DNA of 62,507 bases, filler included, from Candidatus Zapsychrus exili (GTDB lineage Bacteria > Omnitrophota > Gorgyraeia > Zapsychrales > Zapsychraceae), in NCBI GenBank assembly GCA_030765585.1. It is 7 parts of 7 records of this genome, joined end to end, with 100 filler letters (N's around TTAATTAATTAA, not from the genome) between each part and the next. Parts side by side here need not be neighbours in the genome. Positions count along the whole stretch, not along the records: positions 56,553 to 59,414 come from JAVCCJ010000079.1; positions 59,515 to 62,507 come from JAVCCJ010000035.1; 5 more parts are not named here. One strand, 5' to 3'. The position numbers and the translations under genes were made by a program. Shown here piece after piece: positions 57,646 to 62,507 of the stretch; positions within the stretch are counted from its first letter, which is position 1; every line of letters begins with the position of its first letter. Below the pieces are notes generated by a model, which saw only the letters and a list, made by a program, of their open reading frames with translations, searched no databases and was not told where the DNA came from.

Positions 57646-59414
57646 ATGAATCAGAAAAAAATTGAAGAAAAATTAATTAAAGCTTATCACGACTACAATA
57701 AGAAATCGCACTTCAAGTCAGAATTTGATATCCGTTCCGTTATCAATAGGTTCATTGCTGAAAACAAAATCGAAACATTATCAACAGAATTAAAAGCAGA
57801 ACGTATGGCTTTTAATTTTACGCATAACCTTCTTTGTGAAAATGAAGATTGGCAAACATATTATGGTCCTATATTTATCGGTACTAATGATGCGGGCGAA
57901 CAAGTAGAATATCCGAGCATTAAAGCCATAACACAAGATATTATTTCTTATTGGAAAAAACGCGCAAATGAAGAAACAATAAACCTATTAAAAGGCAGAT
58001 ATGCAGATTTAGTATGGACTTTCTCAAGAATCGTATGTGTAGGTTCACCGGAGGTTGATTTTCCAAGAATAGCGATAGATGCTTTTATAGTATTGCCGAA
58101 CAATGATAATGGCGAAGAGCCTATCAACGTTATCGCATTGTTGGGAAGGGCGTTAAGTCTATCAATGTCAATAAATGACGAGAGTCGAATTGAGATATCG
58201 AAGCAAGCAATATTAAACTATGAACAAAAAGTAGCGATTGACGATAAACCGGGTTTGTGGGGTTTTGTGTATCAACTACTTATTGATAATTCCAAAGTAA
58301 ATCTTACGCAAATCGAAGAAAGTGGAATTATAAATAGAATAGAAAATAGACTTACAAATTTGACAAATCCAGATCATGCTTCCTTTTCTCCTTGGGCGGC
58401 GGAAATTTCCGCCGACTTTCTTGCAAGATACTATCGTAAAAAAAGTATGACTACAGATATGAAAAGGGTTTTATTGGCCTATTCTGCTGCATTTGAACAT
58501 CAATCTTTAAAAGGGGCTCCGTTACAAGTGTCAGTATGGCTTCAAAAGGTATACGCTGTTCTCAAAAGCTTCGGGCTAGAACAAGAAGCAACTGAAATTC
58601 TTAAAAAAATACAAACAAACGCACCCAAGATTTCTGATGATATGCAAGAAATCAAAGTTAAGGCAAACATCTCTCAAGAGGAATTCGACCATTACATCAA
58701 TTGGTTTATCGAAAAAGATTTGGATTTAGCTTTACGGCGCGTAGTAGTAAACTTCATCCCTAAAAAAGAAGATGTTGTCAAGCAATTGTTAAAAATGTCT
58801 GAAGAATCCCCGTTGTATTCAATAGCTAATGTTCAAATTCAAGATTATAAAGGCAGAACTCTTGCAACTCTCGGGAATCTTCAGAATGACTTAGAAGGCA
58901 ATGTTGCGCATCAGATGACAAGAGATTTGGGTTTTGAATCTGCCTTTCTTAATCAAATATTCAAGGCAATAGAAAATAAATTTGAATTCACAGTAGAAAA
59001 CTTATTAAATTATCTCTATAAAGTGTCTATATATACTCCCGAACGAAAAGATATCATTAAATCAGCTATTGTAGAATATTTCAATAAAAATTATTTACAA
59101 TTTATACATTTATCAATCCCCCAAATTGAAGAAATATTTAAGGGGCTGATTGAAAAATGTAAGGGTAGTGTCTTAATTCCAAATAAACACGGTGGTTTTC
59201 ATTTCAAAACATTAGACGCATTATTAAGAGACCCAATTATTGAAAAGGTTTTTGGTGAAGATGTTTCTTTGTATTTCAGAGTTGTCCTGACAGATCCAAG
59301 AGGCTTAAATATTCGAAATGATGTTTGTCATGGCTTAATGCCATTAGAAAATTTCAATGCGGTTATTGCAAATAGACTTTTACACATATTGCTTTGTTTG
59401 TCCTCAGTAAAAGA
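57646..59414 (+). CDS. DUF4209-domain (HEPN-like) protein, 3' end cut by gap
   Basis: IPQIE...LD.LL...G.N.RNDVCHG motif. Confidence 0.78.
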
Positions 59415-59514
59415 NNNNNNNNNNNNNNNNNNNNNNNNNNNNNNNNNNNNNNNNNNNNTTAATTAATTAANNNNNNNNNNNNNNNNNNNNNNNNNNNNNN
59501 NNNNNNNNNNNNNN

Positions 59515-59689
59515 ACCCAACAACAACCGACTCTTCCGCATTATCTATCAATTCAATAACGGCCTCTTCATATTCCCGATCGGATATATCACTCACGCTG
59601 GCCGGATAAAATTCCCCAGCAAAACAAAAACCCCCACCGATTACAGCAAGGATTAATATAAAAACAACTATCCCAATTTTGGATTTCAA
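59515..59689 (-). CDS. Second allele of the PLD-like secreted protein at 16435 (partial)
   Basis: Same N-terminus with about 8 nt substitutions over ~165 bp. Confidence 0.7.
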
Positions 59690-59702
59690 CCTATATCTCC
59701 AT

Positions 59703-59721
59703 GCTTTAAAATAGAACCGTC
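59703..59721 (-). repeat. Type A element core
   Basis: Reverse strand GACGGTTCTATTTTAAAGC directly abutting the anchor-gene leader. Confidence 0.85.
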
Positions 59722-59760
59722 TTTTTTTTACACAAATACTGTAAAATCAAATTAACAAAA

Positions 59761-60690
59761 TTATTTAGCACTAGTTATATATTCATATGACGCTTTAAAC
59801 AAATGCATTAATTTATTAATATCGTAATCCTTGCCTTCGACTTTATATAGCACTTGGTTCCATTGTTCTTCATACCTATAAGGTTTTATGCCTGGAATTT
59901 TTAATTTGTCATTTAACTTTTTTGTCAACTTGAAAAAGATACAGAAGGACTTCGATCCAACCCATGTAATACCAAAAACATTTGGGAATCCATATTTAAA
60001 CCCAACATACCCTTTATTCATTTTTTTATCTAATTTCCATCCCTTTTTCTTAACAAGCTTTTCGATCTTTTGAATCGTATGGAAAAATACTTCTACACTA
60101 TCTTTGTTATAATTTTCCAAATAGAAATTTTTATCATAGCTTTCGCGTCCTTTAGTTATACGCGATCCTTTAGGGCTTTCGGGTTCGAGTTTATTTACAA
60201 AGATAAATTCATTCTTGTCCACTGCAAATTTCTTGATTTCCAAAAGTTCTACTTCATAATTAATTTTATTTATGGTCCTTAATACATTTAACTTGATAGA
60301 TGGTGCTATAATAATTATTTTAACATTCAATGCTTCCCAATTTATGCTAATATCCTCCGGTTTATCTTTACACTCTAACCATAGTGCTTTAATTGAATCC
60401 GGATTGGTTTCTGCCCATAGTGCGTATCTTAAAACCTGTGGTATTATATTCTCATCAACCTTGTAATTTTTCATTTCTATTATTACAACATTGTTTTCCT
60501 TGTCAATTCCTATCATATCAAGAATATCTTTTCCAGAAGAAACTCTTATTTGTCTTTTTAGAATAAAAATATCTCCTAATATTTCCTCAGTTCTATAAAT
60601 ATATGTCTCAAATTCTTCTTCGCTTTTGAAAGGGCTCTCTACGACATTAACCGTTTTGCCATTTACGTTTTTCCAAAATAGATTAGGCAT
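59761..60690 (-). CDS. NucS/DUF91-like PD-(D/E)xK nuclease with C-terminal domain
   Basis: F.SEEEFE...LDMIGID...IIEMK...QVLRYA...IIAP. Confidence 0.72.
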   Translation of the reverse strand: MPNLFWKNVNGKTVNVVESPFKSEEEFETYIYRTEEILGDIFILKRQIRVSSGKDILDMIGIDKENNVVIIEMKNYKVDENIIPQVLRYALWAETNPDSIKALWLECKDKPEDISINWEALNVKIIIIAPSIKLNVLRTINKINYEVELLEIKKFAVDKNEFIFVNKLEPESPKGSRITKGRESYDKNFYLENYNKDSVEVFFHTIQKIEKLVKKKGWKLDKKMNKGYVGFKYGFPNVFGITWVGSKSFCIFFKLTKKLNDKLKIPGIKPYRYEEQWNQVLYKVEGKDYDINKLMHLFKASYEYITSAK

Positions 60691-60726
60691 TTTCTCCTCC
60701 TGTGCTTATTCGTATATGGGAAATCC

Positions 60727-60767
60727 GGGGATACAACACTTAATTGTTTTAAAATAGAACCGTCCCC
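60727..60767 (-). repeat. Type A element
   Basis: Reverse strand GGGGACGGTTCTATTTTAAAACAATTAAGTGTTGTATCCCC, 1 mismatch to 13579-13619. Confidence 0.92.
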
Positions 60768-60826
60768 TTTTTTACAGCGATTTCTTTACATATTATTACT
60801 ATTCTTCCGTCAAATAGTTTCAACAT

Positions 60827-61330
60827 TCAAGGTCTGACCCCGTTATTTATGGCCCTTGCTGCAATAGCAGCATCAATCCAGTCTGCAATATTATCCGCAA
60901 TATCGTTATACGCATCAGATGAATTAGGATTATAGCATTTAACTTTACTAGATAATTTTGCCCCATCGTCGAATGCAAACTGTTCAAAAGGATTTGTCCC
61001 TTTGTTGCAAGTACCATTCCTCGGGCATTTTATATTATGGATATAGATACCGAGCAAGCCCTTGCCATCTTTCCATGCCTTTTTGATTTCATGTTTGACC
61101 CATTTTCTATTAGCTGTTTCTTCTCCGACCAAAACCACAACACAAGAACGATATTTCATGTTATCATCTATCCACTTTTCAACGGCACTATCACCTTTTT
61201 TCTTAATGGATTCCCAATCATTAGTTGAAGCGGGCGTATTTCCTTCAATTACTCCAATATTTCGTATTTGTTGAACACGCATGACATCGTTATTAAAATG
61301 AAAGCTATAGAATATTTGTTTTTTTGCCAT
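60827..61330 (-). CDS. TIR-like DUF1863 (ThsB/MTH538-type) protein
   Basis: IFYSFHF.ND..R.QQIRN...WI...SCVVVLVG..TA.R.WV..EI; GAGGAGG RBS before ATG 61330. Confidence 0.88.
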   Translation of the reverse strand: MAKKQIFYSFHFNNDVMRVQQIRNIGVIEGNTPASTNDWESIKKKGDSAVEKWIDDNMKYRSCVVVLVGEETANRKWVKHEIKKAWKDGKGLLGIYIHNIKCPRNGTCNKGTNPFEQFAFDDGAKLSSKVKCYNPNSSDAYNDIADNIADWIDAAIAARAINNGVRP

Positions 61331-61344
61331 AAATATATCCTCCT

Positions 61345-61791
61345 CTATTTTATAAAATATTTTATTGTGATCTGATAAATAATAATCACTAAGACAATTA
61401 CTGCTGGAATTCCATAAAAAACTCTTAGAGTAATTGACCACATAACCTTTGACCTTGAATCAACTTGATCTTTAAAACGATGAGGATTTAAATCGTATAA
61501 ATGCTCGAATTTCTCTTCAGGCCTTACTTTGAGAACCCACTCATACATTTTTCTATACATCTTTTCCGTTTGAAGAAAGAAAGCATCCAGATACCAGAAA
61601 GCTAACAACGGTATAAAAATAACGAGACACAAATATACAGGGTCAATATTCTTTTCAGTTAACGCAAGCACAACTGTGATAATTGTCAACGCCCATCCTT
61701 TTATCAGAAAAGAATTATGAGCCATTCTATTGATGCAACCTTGAATCAAATCGATTTCTTTATGAATAATTTCTATATTTTTATTAGGCAT
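61345..61791 (-). CDS. Small membrane protein, TIR-associated type
   Basis: IQGCINRMAHNSFLIKGW...FWYLDAFFL..E..YR..Y, with 3 hydrophobic segments. Confidence 0.75.
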   Translation of the reverse strand: MPNKNIEIIHKEIDLIQGCINRMAHNSFLIKGWALTIITVVLALTEKNIDPVYLCLVIFIPLLAFWYLDAFFLQTEKMYRKMYEWVLKVRPEEKFEHLYDLNPHRFKDQVDSRSKVMWSITLRVFYGIPAVIVLVIIIYQITIKYFIK

Positions 61792-61809
61792 AAATGTCCG
61801 CCCTCCTTT

Positions 61810-62507
61810 CTACTCAACGCCCAACGCCTTAAACACCGCATCTATTGGGTCTGCATAAAATCCGCTTTGAAACTTTGACAAAAGCTCACCTGGAACTGTT
61901 TGGAAATCCTTAACGCTGCTTGAAGGAATAAGAACCCTCTTTGCCCCTGCATCAAGGGCAACCCTAAGCGATTCTGCGAGATTTTCCACAGGGATAATAT
62001 TTCCACCTAAACTCATACTTCCCAAGACAACTATCTGAGATTGAACAGGCTTTTGCATTAATGATGAAGCCAGCGCGACGACTGCCGCTAATGTTAGTGC
62101 CTCAGCAAAACCTGAATTATGCAGTTCAACTACATGTATATGGTAATTGTGATCTCCAGCTTTAGGCTTAACACTGACTCTTGTTGCGTTAGCCTTAAAA
62201 TAATCAGAAGCTATTCGAAGGCACTCTTTAGGTGTATTTCCAGATCCCACACCCGAAAACCGTGTCGTTCCATTGCCAGGCGTCATTTGCGTTTCAATTC
62301 GGTAAAGCCCCAAATGTCCGTTGCTGCCGCGAGAAACTGTATGAATAATGCCCGGATTCATAGGGCCATCTGGAATAAGGGTTCCTCCCCCTTGCTCGGG
62401 CACTGAGATATATTTTTCTTCATTGGTTTCCTTATCAGCGTAACTAAAATGAACATCATAGAATTCCATTCCACCGATTTTCTTTAACTGCTCTTTTATA
62501 CGACGGC
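61810..62507 (-). CDS. brxL: BrxL-like Lon protease domain (5' truncated)
   Basis: GGMEFYDV.FSY.D...E.Y.SVPEQGGG...G.M.LGG...AGAKRVLIP...FY.DP.DAVFKALGVE. Confidence 0.85.
   Translation of the reverse strand, partial: RRIKEQLKKIGGMEFYDVHFSYADKETNEEKYISVPEQGGGTLIPDGPMNPGIIHTVSRGSNGHLGLYRIETQMTPGNGTTRFSGVGSGNTPKECLRIASDYFKANATRVSVKPKAGDHNYHIHVVELHNSGFAEALTLAAVVALASSLMQKPVQSQIVVLGSMSLGGNIIPVENLAESLRVALDAGAKRVLIPSSSVKDFQTVPGELLSKFQSGFYADPIDAVFKALGVE

Noticed and set aside
1405..62406. Numerous short antisense or overlapping ORFs of 60-140 aa in the track
   Set aside because: They are shadow frames of well-supported genes, with no recognisable motifs.
1..62507. tRNA, rRNA, reverse transcriptase/DGR or cas genes
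   Set aside because: None were recognised by eye; a covariance-model search would be needed to exclude small RNAs.

Overview
The window is not one continuous locus. It is seven contigs joined by artificial 100-nt linkers (N...TTAATTAATTAA...N at 16589-16688, 22978-23077, 29491-29590, 51614-51713, 56453-56552, 59415-59514). The source is an AT-rich bacterium; the 1960-aa modular protein resembles those I associate with Omnitrophota (inference). Contig 1 is a defence island: HTH, type I RM (HsdR plus HsdM-S fusion), RadC, Sir2-HerA-KTSC-nuclease, then single-gene units. Contig 2 holds a giant polyprotein-like gene whose enzyme domains are separated by D-x-A-M linkers. Contig 3 is a phage/ICE-like fragment with a resolvase and a DnaG-primase/MCM-like helicase fusion. 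Contig 4 has murA-trpGDCF followed by accessory genes (ORF6N, AbiE remnants, DUF1016, a lipoprotein cluster, a SIR2 pseudogene, MazG-DUF2075-HNH). Contig 5 has an MBL-TM-MBL operon, contig 6 a large serine recombinase and a DUF4209 gene, and contig 7 BrxL, TM-TIR and a NucS-like gene. IS30 ends account for four contig termini. The most striking unexplained structure is a family of same-orientation GGGGAC...GTCCCC elements (core GGGGACGGTTCTATTTTAA) between accessory/defence genes. They sometimes supply the upstream gene's stop codon, and on two contigs they lead into the same anchor gene with different upstream cargo. This looks like an integron-like cassette array, with no integron integrase visible in the window. 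All product calls come from motif recognition only; no searches were run.
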